From contig CAYMUJ010000004.1 in NCBI GenBank assembly GCA_964393565.1, forward strand, positions 2,188-66,187: 64,000 nucleotides of DNA. The letters run 5' to 3'. A model generated the notes under the pieces. It was given only the letters and a program-made list of their open reading frames with translations. It had not been told where the DNA came from and searched no databases. The translations under genes were made by a program, and so were the position numbers. Positions 8,647 through 18,170 of this stretch are shown piece by piece; position 1 is the first letter of the stretch, and each line of letters starts with the position of its first letter. The DNA is from an uncultured Stakelama sp. (GTDB taxonomy: Bacteria; Pseudomonadota; Alphaproteobacteria; Sphingomonadales; Sphingomonadaceae).

Positions 8647-9017
8647 TGGGCTTCCTCGACGACATGCTCGACGAAGGTATGGCTGAAACCCGCCAGCGGA
8701 TGGAAGCAGAAGGTCTGTCGTACGAAGAAGCGCGACATCAACCCTACCACGTCCTGCTTGCCTGCCGTATCGACAAAGGCGTCCGCACTGCCCTAGCGCA
8801 GGGGTGGAGAGAGGTCGCTCGCAACCGGTTCGAGCGACCTGACGGTGAGCGTGTGAGGATCTGTTCCGACGCACGCACTCTCACCGGCTTGCTGCCGAGC
8901 GTCACGATCTACCTCGGCTACAACTGGCAGTTTGCCTACACCGATGGTCGCCCGGTCTCGCATTTCATCGACGACCATCGCATCCGCGGCGGGCAGGTTA
9001 TCGACCTGACCCTTTAG
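8643..9017 (+). CDS. Hypothetical protein
   Basis: AAGGAGG RBS. Confidence 0.7.
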   Translation: MMGFLDDMLDEGMAETRQRMEAEGLSYEEARHQPYHVLLACRIDKGVRTALAQGWREVARNRFERPDGERVRICSDARTLTGLLPSVTIYLGYNWQFAYTDGRPVSHFIDDHRIRGGQVIDLTL

Positions 9018-9043
9018 TCAACCAAAACGTGAAAGATCACCCA

Positions 9044-9574
9044 ATGAGCATTTCGTTCAAACACCTGCGCCAGGCCAACGTCGAGCGCGACAAGGAATGG
9101 AACACCGGCACCGAGAAGGTGAGCCTGACGTTCCGCGGCTGCGAACTCGCCGGAGAGGCGGGTGAGGCTGCCAACAAGCTCAAGAAGCTCGAGCGCGAAC
9201 GCCTCGGCATGAAGGGCTCGCGCACGTCCATCCACGACACCGCCATGGAACTTGCAGACGTCGTGATCTGCGCCGACCTGGTCGCCATGGACCTCGGCGT
9301 TGATCTCGCCGATTTCGTGCGAGCGGCGTTCAACGGCAAGTCCGAGGAGCACGGCTTTAACACCAAGATCGCCGACGTCCCGACCAAGCTGAATCAGTGG
9401 ATCGACGATGGAATCGAGGCAGCGCAGATGCGCAACGACGATGGGCCGTTCATCACTGCTGAGCAGGCTGCCGAGATCGCTCGCGGCGCCGCCGTCCAGG
9501 TCATCATGGACAAGGAGACGCTGATCGGGAACCTGCGCGCGGCCGGCTACACGGTGCTGCCGACGCCGACCTAG
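9044..9574 (+). CDS. MazG-like NTP pyrophosphohydrolase
   Basis: ELAGEAGEAANKLKK...ELADVVI acidic motif. Confidence 0.8.
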   Translation: MSISFKHLRQANVERDKEWNTGTEKVSLTFRGCELAGEAGEAANKLKKLERERLGMKGSRTSIHDTAMELADVVICADLVAMDLGVDLADFVRAAFNGKSEEHGFNTKIADVPTKLNQWIDDGIEAAQMRNDDGPFITAEQAAEIARGAAVQVIMDKETLIGNLRAAGYTVLPTPT

Positions 9575-9728
9575 ACGCGCGTCAGCACTCTGTCGTCGCC
9601 TAGCAATCAATGAAGCCGAAACCGGTCAACTATGGGAGCCAAAAGCGTCGCATCCTCTGAGCGTGGGGCTAGCCCTTTCGTGATGATCCTGCAAATGTTT
9701 CCGAGACTAGATCCAATCCGAGAAGAGA

Positions 9729-10403
9729 ATGCGCCACGCTTGGAGATCTGCAACTGGTGTTTGGACGTGGTTCCGGAAGAACTGGGAACCTGTACTAGCA
9801 ATTTTGGCATTGTGCGTGAGTGCCTGGACAGCTTGGGCAACAAAACAGAGTATAGACCTTACGAATGAAGGAATTCGAATTGCAACAGAGGCTCAAAAAC
9901 TCGCGATTGCAGACTATTCGATCAGAAATAGGCCAAACCTCGCCATAAGATACGACTCACTACCTGATTTGATTAGCGTTGAGAATTTTGGAAACGGCCC
10001 TGCATACATCTACTACGTAAGAATAACAGGAGCAAATGGAGATTTCATCGAAGAAAGCTATCCTGAATCAAAGTTAACAATCGAAGATTGGAGAAAGATT
10101 TTACCATACGATTATCAGCAGGACGAAAATTCAATTATGTCAATTATTGGGGATAGGAATGCAAGTATTCAGTACTTTATGCCGGTATTTTTGCTTGGCG
10201 GCGCGAAGCGAATGCCGATCTTGTCGATTTTTGTCGAAAATGAAGAACCAAATGATAGCGCAGAACTTGGATTTTGGTGGAGAGATATCGACGTCTCACT
10301 ATGCTTCATCTCTTTGGCTGATCGTAAGGTTTCCAGCGTATCCATGGGTGAAGAGAAGTGCCCAGATCCCGACCCGAGCCTGTTGGAAGAGCTGTATCCA
10401 TAA
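9729..10403 (+). CDS. AT-rich moron-like membrane-anchored protein
   Basis: N-terminal hydrophobic helix; visibly lower GC than flanks. Confidence 0.7.
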   Translation: MRHAWRSATGVWTWFRKNWEPVLAILALCVSAWTAWATKQSIDLTNEGIRIATEAQKLAIADYSIRNRPNLAIRYDSLPDLISVENFGNGPAYIYYVRITGANGDFIEESYPESKLTIEDWRKILPYDYQQDENSIMSIIGDRNASIQYFMPVFLLGGAKRMPILSIFVENEEPNDSAELGFWWRDIDVSLCFISLADRKVSSVSMGEEKCPDPDPSLLEELYP

Positions 10404-10564
10404 CGTATCGATCTGGCTCACGACCGAAGGGATCGCCGAGCGCTCCGAGGCATGTTTGAAGCGTCACCTCGCGCAAACCTCTTGCGTCGAGACAAATTCA
10501 ACCATTTAGTGACCTGTCACCTTTTGGGCCACTAGATGTGGTCCTCAACCAGAGACCCTTCAAC

Positions 10565-12511
10565 ATGGCACATCAGCTTCCTACCGACTACCAGACCTAC
10601 ATCTACGCGTCCCGCTATGCCCGCTTCCTCGACGACAAGGGGCGGCGCGAGTTTTGGGACGAGACTGTCGATCGCTACTTCGACTATTTCGTCGAACAGC
10701 TTATCGAGCATCATGGCTACGAGCCGTCACAGACACTGCTTTCCGAGCTTCGGGAAGCAGTGCTGACGCTGCAGGTCATGCCGTCCATGCGGGCCATGAT
10801 GACGGCGGGTGAGGCAGCCCGGCGCGAGAACCTTGCGATCTACAACTGCTCGTTCGTTCCGCTCGATCGGGTCAAGGCGTTCGCCGAGGTGCTCTATATC
10901 CTCATGTGTGGAACCGGCGTCGGCTTCTCGGTCGAGCGCCAAGTGATCGCCAAACTCCCGAGTGTTCCTGAATCCCTGAGTAAGACTGACTTCACAATTG
11001 TTGTCGGTGACTCGAAACAGGGGTGGGCGCAGGCTTATCTCGACCTGCTGACCCAGCTTTTTGCCGGCAATATCCCGCGGGTCGACGTCTCCGAGGTGCG
11101 CCCAGCCGGCGCCCGTCTCCGCGTGTTCGGTGGTCGAGCCTCAGGGCCGCAGCCGCTTGTCGACCTGTTCGAGTTCGTGATCCGCACCTTCGTCAACGCT
11201 GCGGGCCGTAAGCTCACCAGCCTCGAATGCCATGAGATTGCGACCAAGACAGGTGAGATCGTCGTGGTCGGCGGCGTGCGGCGCTCGGCCGAGATAAGTC
11301 TGTCGAACCTGTCCGATCTGCGCATGCGCGACGCGAAGTCCGGTAACTGGTTCGTCGACAAGCCGCATCTGGCGCTCGCGAATAACTCCGTCGCTTACAC
11401 CGAAAAGCCCGACGTCGGTGCCTTCATGGGTGAGTGGTTGTCGCTCTACCATAGCAAGTCCGGCGAGCGGGGCATCTTCAATCGCCATGGTGCCGAGCAG
11501 AAGATTCTGAGGCTCGGTCGGCGAGATCACAATTACGAATTCGGGACCAATCCATGCGGCGAGATCGTGCTGCGGCCGCGCGGGCTCTGCAACCTCACCG
11601 AGGCTGTCGTACGGGACAATGACAGCGCCAACGATATCCGCGAGAAGGTGCGTTTGGCGTCCATCCTCGGCACCTGGCAGTCGACGCAGACGCGCTTCAA
11701 CTTCGTTGATCCCGAGTGGTCACAGAACGCGCAGGAGGAACGCCTGCTCGGCGTGTCGTTGACCGGCATTTTCGACAACCCGCTGATGCGTGGCGACATG
11801 GGTATGGACTACCTCGCCGCCGAACTGCAGGGCATGAAGGAGCATGTGATCAAGGCCAATCGCCTGGAGGCCCATGCGATCGGAATCGGTGCTAGTGTGG
11901 CGACTACGACGGTCAAGCCGTCCGGTACGGTGAGTAAGCTGGTGAACAGCCCGAGCGGTATTCACCCTGACCAGGCTGAGTTCTACATCCAGCGTATCTC
12001 GAGCGACAACAAGGACCCTATCACCCAGTTCATGGCTGATGCCGGCATCCCCAACGAGCCCCACGCCGGCAAGCCGCAGCAGATGACGGTCTTCTCGTTC
12101 CCGATCCGCATGGGAAAGGGGACTGTCACCAAGGACGACATCACTGCCATCCACCACCTGGAACTCGTCCGGATCTACAACCTACACTGGTCCGAGCACG
12201 CGGTGTCCTGCACCATCTCGATCCGCGAGAACGAGTGGCCCGCAGTCGGCGGTTGGGTCTACGACCACTTCGACGACTTGGCAGGTGTGAGTTTCCTCCC
12301 ACACTTCGTCGGCAGCACCAGCTACAAGCAGTTGCCGCAGGAGCCGATTACCGAGGACGCCTACAACGCCATGATGACGAGCATGCCCGCATCGATCGAC
12401 TGGACGCAGTTGGCCTCCTACGAGAAGGGTGAGGACAACGTAACCGGGACGCGAGAGTTCGCCTGCGTCGGCAACATGTGCGAGATCATCGACAACGTGA
12501 AGCCCGTTTGA
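10565..12511 (+). CDS. nrdJ: Class II (adenosylcobalamin-dependent) ribonucleotide reductase
   Basis: PSMRAM, YNCS, GTGVGFS, VVGGVRRSA, TNPCGEI, VKPSGTVS, C-terminal CVGNMC; no small-subunit gene nearby. Confidence 0.9.
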   Translation: MAHQLPTDYQTYIYASRYARFLDDKGRREFWDETVDRYFDYFVEQLIEHHGYEPSQTLLSELREAVLTLQVMPSMRAMMTAGEAARRENLAIYNCSFVPLDRVKAFAEVLYILMCGTGVGFSVERQVIAKLPSVPESLSKTDFTIVVGDSKQGWAQAYLDLLTQLFAGNIPRVDVSEVRPAGARLRVFGGRASGPQPLVDLFEFVIRTFVNAAGRKLTSLECHEIATKTGEIVVVGGVRRSAEISLSNLSDLRMRDAKSGNWFVDKPHLALANNSVAYTEKPDVGAFMGEWLSLYHSKSGERGIFNRHGAEQKILRLGRRDHNYEFGTNPCGEIVLRPRGLCNLTEAVVRDNDSANDIREKVRLASILGTWQSTQTRFNFVDPEWSQNAQEERLLGVSLTGIFDNPLMRGDMGMDYLAAELQGMKEHVIKANRLEAHAIGIGASVATTTVKPSGTVSKLVNSPSGIHPDQAEFYIQRISSDNKDPITQFMADAGIPNEPHAGKPQQMTVFSFPIRMGKGTVTKDDITAIHHLELVRIYNLHWSEHAVSCTISIRENEWPAVGGWVYDHFDDLAGVSFLPHFVGSTSYKQLPQEPITEDAYNAMMTSMPASIDWTQLASYEKGEDNVTGTREFACVGNMCEIIDNVKPV

Positions 12512-12539
12512 CATCGGCATAAATTCAACTATAAGTTGA
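12508..12539 (+). promoter_or_regulatory. Promoter overlapped by palindromic operator
   Basis: TTGACA-N16-TATAAG; TCAACTATAAGTTGA 12525-12539. Confidence 0.7.
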
Positions 12540-12566
12540 ATTGTCACCAAACCCTGCGAGTCCATC

Positions 12567-13460
12567 ATGAGTGCAACACCCAATCACGCCGACAAGCAAT
12601 ACCTGCGCATCATGCGCGGCCTCCTCGACCACGGCGTTCGCCGGCAAGGGCGGAATGCCGTCACCTTCTCGAAGTTCGGCGAGCACATGCGCTTCCGGCT
12701 TTATGAAGGCTTCCCGCTGCTCACGACCAAGAAGGTCCACTTCAAGTCGATCGTCGTCGAACTTCTGTGGTTCCTGCGCGGCTACACCACCGTCAAGTTC
12801 CTGCACGACCACGGCGTCACGATTTGGGACGAGTGGGCCGACGAGAACGGCGACCTCGGTCCGGTCTATGGCGCACAGTGGCGCTCGTGGCCGACGATGT
12901 CCGAGACCCCTGTGCGGGACTGGAACACCAAGAAGGTCATTCCCAATGAGTTCGAGTACGGACCCGGCGAGCCGATTGACCAGATCGCCAACGTCATTCA
13001 AGGACTTCGCAAGGACCCCTACGGTCGGCGCCACATTGTCACCGCCTGGAACCCGGCCGAGATCGACCGGATGGCGCTGCCACCCTGCCACTGCCTGTTC
13101 CAGTTCTACGTCGAGCCCAATGACGCAGGCGTGCCCACCTGGCTCTCCTGCCACCTCTACCAGCGATCCGCAGACTGGTTCCTCGGCGTGCCCTTCAACA
13201 TCGCCAGCTACGCGCTGCTGACGCATCTGATCGCCCGAGAGGTCGGCCTGCGGCCGAAGGAGTTCATCCACAGCTTCGGTGACCTTCACCTCTACGAGAA
13301 CCACCGCGAGCAGGCGTTGTCGCAGATCCTTCGCGACCCCTTGTCGCTGCCACATATCGAGATCGCGGGCGACAAGCCGCTGTTCGAACTCGAGCCCGAA
13401 GACATCAAACTGGTCGGCTATGAACCGTGGCCGGCGATCTCCGCGCAGGTGACGAAATGA
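12567..13460 (+). CDS. thyA: Thymidylate synthase
   Basis: [42 protein letters not shown]. Confidence 0.97.
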   Translation: MSATPNHADKQYLRIMRGLLDHGVRRQGRNAVTFSKFGEHMRFRLYEGFPLLTTKKVHFKSIVVELLWFLRGYTTVKFLHDHGVTIWDEWADENGDLGPVYGAQWRSWPTMSETPVRDWNTKKVIPNEFEYGPGEPIDQIANVIQGLRKDPYGRRHIVTAWNPAEIDRMALPPCHCLFQFYVEPNDAGVPTWLSCHLYQRSADWFLGVPFNIASYALLTHLIAREVGLRPKEFIHSFGDLHLYENHREQALSQILRDPLSLPHIEIAGDKPLFELEPEDIKLVGYEPWPAISAQVTK

Positions 13461-13621
13461 GGAAGGCTCGCGTCAAGTTCAGGCCGCGGAACCGCAATGA
13501 CCGGCTCTCGTGGGTCGTATATTGGGGCGGCGTGTGTCGCGCCAGGGCGAGCACGCTGCTGTCGGCTGTTGCTGCCGCCCGCGCCTTCACGATCGGTGTT
13601 TCGGCAAAGGAGAACGGCTGA
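13457..13621 (+). CDS. Small basic hypothetical protein
   Basis: ATGA and TGATG overlaps with both neighbours. Confidence 0.5.
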   Translation: MRKARVKFRPRNRNDRLSWVVYWGGVCRARASTLLSAVAAARAFTIGVSAKENG

Positions 13622-14046
13622 TGAACAGCCCACTCACCACCCAGGTCGGCGGCAACCACTACAAGACTGGTGGCATCCAACCGATCGAGTTCGCCCACCA
13701 GAACAACTACGATCCCGCAGCCTTCTCGGTGCTCAAGTACGTCACCCGCCACCGGCGAAAGGCCGGTCGACAGGATCTGGAGAAGGCCTTCCATTTCGCG
13801 CTGATCCGCGAGGAGATGCTGTCCAAGTACGGCAGCACCTTCCAACCCACCTACCGCGTCCCGATGTCGGTCTATTGCCAGAGCAACAGTCTCACCGATG
13901 CAGACGCATGGGCGCTGCTCCAGCTTGAAACCTGGGTGCAGCACAGGGTTCCTGGACCCAACAGCCTCATGGCTGCGATCCGGGTCATCATGGCCGAGTA
14001 CGACGGGACAGATGGAGCCGTCGTTTTCCCTATTGCCTCATCCTAA
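13621..14046 (+). CDS. DUF3310-like protein
   Basis: QVGGNHY...IQPIEF...KYVTR...DLEKA; AAGGAG RBS. Confidence 0.8.
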   Translation: MNSPLTTQVGGNHYKTGGIQPIEFAHQNNYDPAAFSVLKYVTRHRRKAGRQDLEKAFHFALIREEMLSKYGSTFQPTYRVPMSVYCQSNSLTDADAWALLQLETWVQHRVPGPNSLMAAIRVIMAEYDGTDGAVVFPIASS

Positions 14047-14089
14047 AAATCAACCTATGGTTGATTTTCCAACCGCAAGGAACCCTGCA

Positions 14090-14608
14090 ATGTTCACGCG
14101 ACTCACCAATGCCCTGCTTTCCGGTCTCTCGCTCGGCGCGTTGCGCATGAGCCTCGCCATTCCTCGCCCGCCGAAGCGCGACGAGGCGGCGCCATTGGCC
14201 GATGCACTGGGTCATGTTCTCGACCATGCCAACATCGACAGCTCGCTTGAGGAGGCTGTCGAAGATGCGCTGCTGCCGACAACCCCTGCGACGTCGAATT
14301 CCTTGGTCGATGCCGTCGACCAGATCAACGCCATGCGCGCCGATGAGCCGTTGCCCACAGCCCGCTTCAAGGAAGGCGATCCGGTGGAGTGGACGTCCAG
14401 TAACGTCCGGAAGGTCGGCATCGTCACCCACGTCATTCCGGCCGGCGTGCTGCCGTCCGATCTCGGGGTCAAGCTCAAGGACGCGACGTCACCGCGCGAC
14501 GAAGAGAGCTACGTCTGCAAGGCCTATAAGGCGACCAGTAACGGCGACGCTGCTTCGCGCGGGACCGCATACTACTGGCCGCGAGTCTCGCTCCTCAACC
14601 GCACATAA
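14090..14608 (+). CDS. Hypothetical protein
   Basis: AAGGA RBS; operator at 14050-14064 upstream. Confidence 0.7.
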   Translation: MFTRLTNALLSGLSLGALRMSLAIPRPPKRDEAAPLADALGHVLDHANIDSSLEEAVEDALLPTTPATSNSLVDAVDQINAMRADEPLPTARFKEGDPVEWTSSNVRKVGIVTHVIPAGVLPSDLGVKLKDATSPRDEESYVCKAYKATSNGDAASRGTAYYWPRVSLLNRT

Positions 14609-14637
14609 TCAACTTTTTGCAGAGAAAGGCCGCAAAA

Positions 14638-14997
14638 GTGGCGAAAGCTCGCGACGACGATGACGACTTCGGGACAGGCGGCGATGGTCGCCGGCTGAAG
14701 AAGAACGACAACCATAAGGGCCGCGTCTCGCCCGACAGTGTTGCTCAGGATCAGTTGAAGGCATTCGTCGAGCGCATCGAGCGCTTGGCTGAAGAGAAGG
14801 CTGCCATCCAGGAGGACATCAAGGAGGTCTATGCTGAAGCCAAGGGTAACGGCTTCGACACCAAGACGCTCCGGAAGCTGGTCGCCATTCGGAAGCAGGA
14901 CCACAACGAGCGCCTCGAGCAGGAAGCCTTGCTCGAACTCTACATGAGCGCGCTCGGCATGGCATCCGCGCCGCCAGACGACGACTTCGATGACTAG
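14638..14997 (+). CDS. gapR: GapR/DUF2312 nucleoid-associated protein homolog
   Basis: [48 protein letters not shown]...[10 protein letters not shown]. Confidence 0.92.
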   Translation: MAKARDDDDDFGTGGDGRRLKKNDNHKGRVSPDSVAQDQLKAFVERIERLAEEKAAIQEDIKEVYAEAKGNGFDTKTLRKLVAIRKQDHNERLEQEALLELYMSALGMASAPPDDDFDD

Positions 14998-15217
14998 GTC
15001 TCTCGACGAGCAGTTTGCCGACATATCCCGCCGCGGACTACGGCTGGCGAGCTTGTTCGAGAAGACCGGAGGCGGCTGGCGTGCGTCCCTAGCGCCAGCC
15101 GCCGACCACAAGGCCCCGTGGGTAAATGGCGAAGGCAAGACGGCACACGAGGCTATTGCCCGTGCCATGAGCAAGGCGCCGACGCGCGCGCCATCGACCG
15201 ACGACGACATTCTCTGA
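14990..15217 (+). CDS. Hypothetical protein ending DDDIL
   Basis: Overlapping ORF in the operon. Confidence 0.7.
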   Translation: MTRSLDEQFADISRRGLRLASLFEKTGGGWRASLAPAADHKAPWVNGEGKTAHEAIARAMSKAPTRAPSTDDDIL

Positions 15218-15224
15218 GGACCAG

Positions 15225-15647
15225 ATGACCGACGAAGAGAAGCTGATCCGACTGCTGCGCGTGCGCACCGACGTCGGCCAACTCGGACTGCGTCGGACAC
15301 TGGCCGGCGTCTACATGGCTGACTTCAATGTGTACGGGCACAAGGGTACGTTCTTTGCCTCGGACCGTCTCGATCCAGTCAGTGCCCTGATCGACGTGCT
15401 CGAGATGCCGGGCCTACCTCTTTCCGAGGTGGAGCGCATCGCTGCCGCGCAGACGCCGCGGTTCGACATTGCCAACACGCCCCCTGCTCTTGTGCTCAGG
15501 GAGTCCCGGTACGGCTCGCCAATGGCACGGCGCGCTGCGCTGGAGATCAACACCGCCAAAGACAGCCGGCGCTTCGTTCACGACATCAAACCAAAACCGG
15601 TAGTGCAGCCCGCAGCGCGGCGCTCCGATCTGGAGGACATCATATGA
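15225..15647 (+). CDS. Hypothetical protein ending DLEDII
   Basis: GAGGA RBS. Confidence 0.75.
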   Translation: MTDEEKLIRLLRVRTDVGQLGLRRTLAGVYMADFNVYGHKGTFFASDRLDPVSALIDVLEMPGLPLSEVERIAAAQTPRFDIANTPPALVLRESRYGSPMARRAALEINTAKDSRRFVHDIKPKPVVQPAARRSDLEDII

Positions 15648-16063
15648 CATCGGTCCGCGTCGTCACCTTCACTGCCGACAACCCGGAGGCGCTACCAGCG
15701 TCGCAACGTCACCTCGGCCTGCTTTTCGACGGGAAGGTCTTGATGCCCATCCGCATCAACGCTCCGTCTCAGGAGGAGGCGCAGACGAAGACGACTTCCT
15801 GGTGGAAAAACGAGCTTGAGAAGATCCGGAGGTGGCCGGAAAGGGCTCGCGCCAAGGCGAAATCACAGGCTCAAGCGGAATCTGTCGAGCCATCGGAAAT
15901 CCCTGATAGTGCTGACATTTCCGCGGAAGAACCCGCCTCTGCATTAACAGAAATGGATACAAACCAAGAACAAGTTATCCCCGCGGCTCCGAACGGGGGT
16001 ATTATGGCCTCGACACCTGAACCGAAAGCCAAGCGCCAGATCGAGGACGACGACATCCTATGA
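15644..16063 (+). CDS. Hypothetical protein ending EDDDIL
   Basis: GGAGG RBS; ATGA coupling. Confidence 0.75.
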   Translation: MTSVRVVTFTADNPEALPASQRHLGLLFDGKVLMPIRINAPSQEEAQTKTTSWWKNELEKIRRWPERARAKAKSQAQAESVEPSEIPDSADISAEEPASALTEMDTNQEQVIPAAPNGGIMASTPEPKAKRQIEDDDIL

Positions 16064-16266
16064 CCACCAACTTCGGCAACATCGACGTAACGCTGAACCG
16101 GAAGTCGGTCGCGCTGCGCATGCGGCACGTCGTCGAGGGCCACCCTGGGTGCTGGCTCACGGCTGATGAAGCGGACGGGCTCGCTCAGCATCTTGCGAAA
16201 TGCGCTGCAGATATCCGGACGTCGCCCGCACTAAAACGCCTCTCCGACGTGGATGACCTCCTGTGA
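16060..16266 (+). CDS. Hypothetical protein ending DVDDLL
   Basis: ATGA and GTGA coupling. Confidence 0.7.
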   Translation: MTTNFGNIDVTLNRKSVALRMRHVVEGHPGCWLTADEADGLAQHLAKCAADIRTSPALKRLSDVDDLL

Positions 16267-17693
16267 GCCAGATCACCCTCTATCCCGGCGACAACCGCCA
16301 GTCGCTGCGCCGCCTGATCAAGAAGGGTGTGCGCGTCCATGCAGTGGCGTGCGATCCGCCATACGGGCTCGTCAGCGTCCAGAAGCGGTTCGGCAAGGAA
16401 GGCAGCGCGCCGGCCCGCACAGACCGAAACGACGGCAGCTTTGCGCGGCTGTCGGGCGGATTTATGGGTCGGACTTGGGATGCCACCGGCATCGAGCGCG
16501 ACCCCGAGTTCTGGAAACTCGTCTACGACATCCTGCTACCTGGCGGCTATGTGTTCGCCTTCTCGGGCTCTCGCACCGGCCATTGGCAGGCGTGCGCCAT
16601 GGAGCTTGCCGGCTTCATCATGCACCCCATGCACGGTTGGTGCTACGCGACTGGCTTCCCGAAGGCGCACGCGGCCGACAAGGCGATCGACAAACTGCTC
16701 GGTGTCGAGGGCGGCTTCCTCGCCGATGGCGCGCCGGTGAAGCGGATGATCCCAGGCGCCGACCAGCACAAGCAGGGTTGGGAGAAGAACAACGGCCGGG
16801 AGTACCAGCCCGGTCAGTACGTGCCGGGCTCGCCTGAAGCGGAAGAATGGGAGGGATGGGCGTACGGCACGCAGGCACAGAAGCCGGCGCTCGAGCCGAT
16901 CTATCTCGGGCAGAAGCCCTTCAGCGAGAGGACCGGCGCCGCGAACCTGCTGAAGCACGGCGTCGGCGCGGTCAATATCGACGGCTGCCGTGTGCCGTCA
17001 GAGGGTGGGCGTGCTCGCGAGGGTGAAATCTCACAAGATCGTCGTTACACAGAGCGTGGAGCAACTAACTTCGCAGCGAAACCTGGTCCTCGCGGCGGCG
17101 ATCCTATGGGACGCCATCCCGCCAATCTGATTCTCGACGGTTCACCCGAGGTCGTCACAATGTTCACAGGCCAAGGCGCTGAGTCAGCGTCTCGCTTCTT
17201 CCATCGCTTTCCCCGCTACGCTTGCGAGACCTGTGAGGACGCCACCAGGTCAGTCGGCTACGAGTACGTCGATCAAATCCCTGTCGCAGAAAGCCCTTGC
17301 CCCGATTGTGGAGGCCTATCTGGACGTCGACCCGACGCCGACCCGCTCTTCTATCACCCCAAGGCGGGCAAGCTCGATCGCGCAGGCTCGAAGCACCCGA
17401 CCGTCAAGCCAATAGCTCTGATGCAGTACCTTATTCGGCACATCACGCCGAAGGGCGGCACAGTTCTCGATCCATTCGCCGGCAGCGGTACGACCGGGGA
17501 AGCGGCGCTACGCGAAGGTTTCGACTGCATCCTCATGGAAGCCGAGCCCGAGTACATCGAGTTTCTCGAGCGTCGATTTGAGATCGTTCCGAACCAGACA
17601 GTAAAGCGCAGTGCCATTATCGATCTGCTCGGGTTGAGCAGCGGCGCACGAAATCATCCAGAGGAGGAATATATCTTCGATGAACTACTTTAA
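16263..17693 (+). CDS. Amino (N6-A/N4-C) DNA methyltransferase, beta-class motif order
   Basis: N-terminal DPPY; HPTVKP; VLDPFAGSGTTG. Confidence 0.92.
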   Translation: MSQITLYPGDNRQSLRRLIKKGVRVHAVACDPPYGLVSVQKRFGKEGSAPARTDRNDGSFARLSGGFMGRTWDATGIERDPEFWKLVYDILLPGGYVFAFSGSRTGHWQACAMELAGFIMHPMHGWCYATGFPKAHAADKAIDKLLGVEGGFLADGAPVKRMIPGADQHKQGWEKNNGREYQPGQYVPGSPEAEEWEGWAYGTQAQKPALEPIYLGQKPFSERTGAANLLKHGVGAVNIDGCRVPSEGGRAREGEISQDRRYTERGATNFAAKPGPRGGDPMGRHPANLILDGSPEVVTMFTGQGAESASRFFHRFPRYACETCEDATRSVGYEYVDQIPVAESPCPDCGGLSGRRPDADPLFYHPKAGKLDRAGSKHPTVKPIALMQYLIRHITPKGGTVLDPFAGSGTTGEAALREGFDCILMEAEPEYIEFLERRFEIVPNQTVKRSAIIDLLGLSSGARNHPEEEYIFDELL

Positions 17694-17789
17694 TTTCCAA
17701 CGGGATACGCAGTAGCACGCAAAAAGCCAAGCTTAAGTAATGCTACATACTTGCGTGTGAATGTCATATAATAGGCGGAGTCAATCCAA

Positions 17790-18131
17790 ATGGACCCGAT
17801 CAAAGAACATAGCTCTCCGCCTGTCAAAAAGACCAACATAGAGCGGGAGTCGACAATGGTTGGTGAAGGCAGAAGATTTGAAGGTTTGAGTTTTGTTCAG
17901 CCGAAAGATGGTTCTCAGGACGATCTGAATATGTGGGTCGTGAGCAGGTCGGGAGACTGGACGACTGACAATCGCCAAGGGCGCGAGCATGCAAAGGCGC
18001 TGATCGGCTATATGAAGGCCCATCACGCTCCACAGCTTCTCGGGTATGTCGTGCAGGCGATGTCGAAGGGGAAGGAGTTTGGAGGAGTCGAGGTTGGCTT
18101 CTTCGCGGAGATTTCGTCGAGGATCAACTGA
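17790..18131 (+). CDS. Hypothetical protein with its own AT-rich upstream region
   Basis: TATAAT at 17767-17772 and GGAG RBS. Confidence 0.65.
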   Translation: MDPIKEHSSPPVKKTNIERESTMVGEGRRFEGLSFVQPKDGSQDDLNMWVVSRSGDWTTDNRQGREHAKALIGYMKAHHAPQLLGYVVQAMSKGKEFGGVEVGFFAEISSRIN

Positions 18132-18139
18132 CGCTCCCC

Positions 18140-18164
18140 GACCTCTCGGCGCTGCCGGGAGGTC
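18140..18164. terminator. Hairpin at the convergence of + and - operons
   Basis: GACCTCTCGGC-GCT-GCCGGGAGGTC; no clear U-tract. Confidence 0.55.
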
Positions 18165-18170
18165 CGTCCA

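Noticed and set aside
10565-13460. Introns or inteins in nrdJ or thyA
   Set aside because: Both ORFs are continuous and near normal length; thyA has only a short in-frame loop insertion
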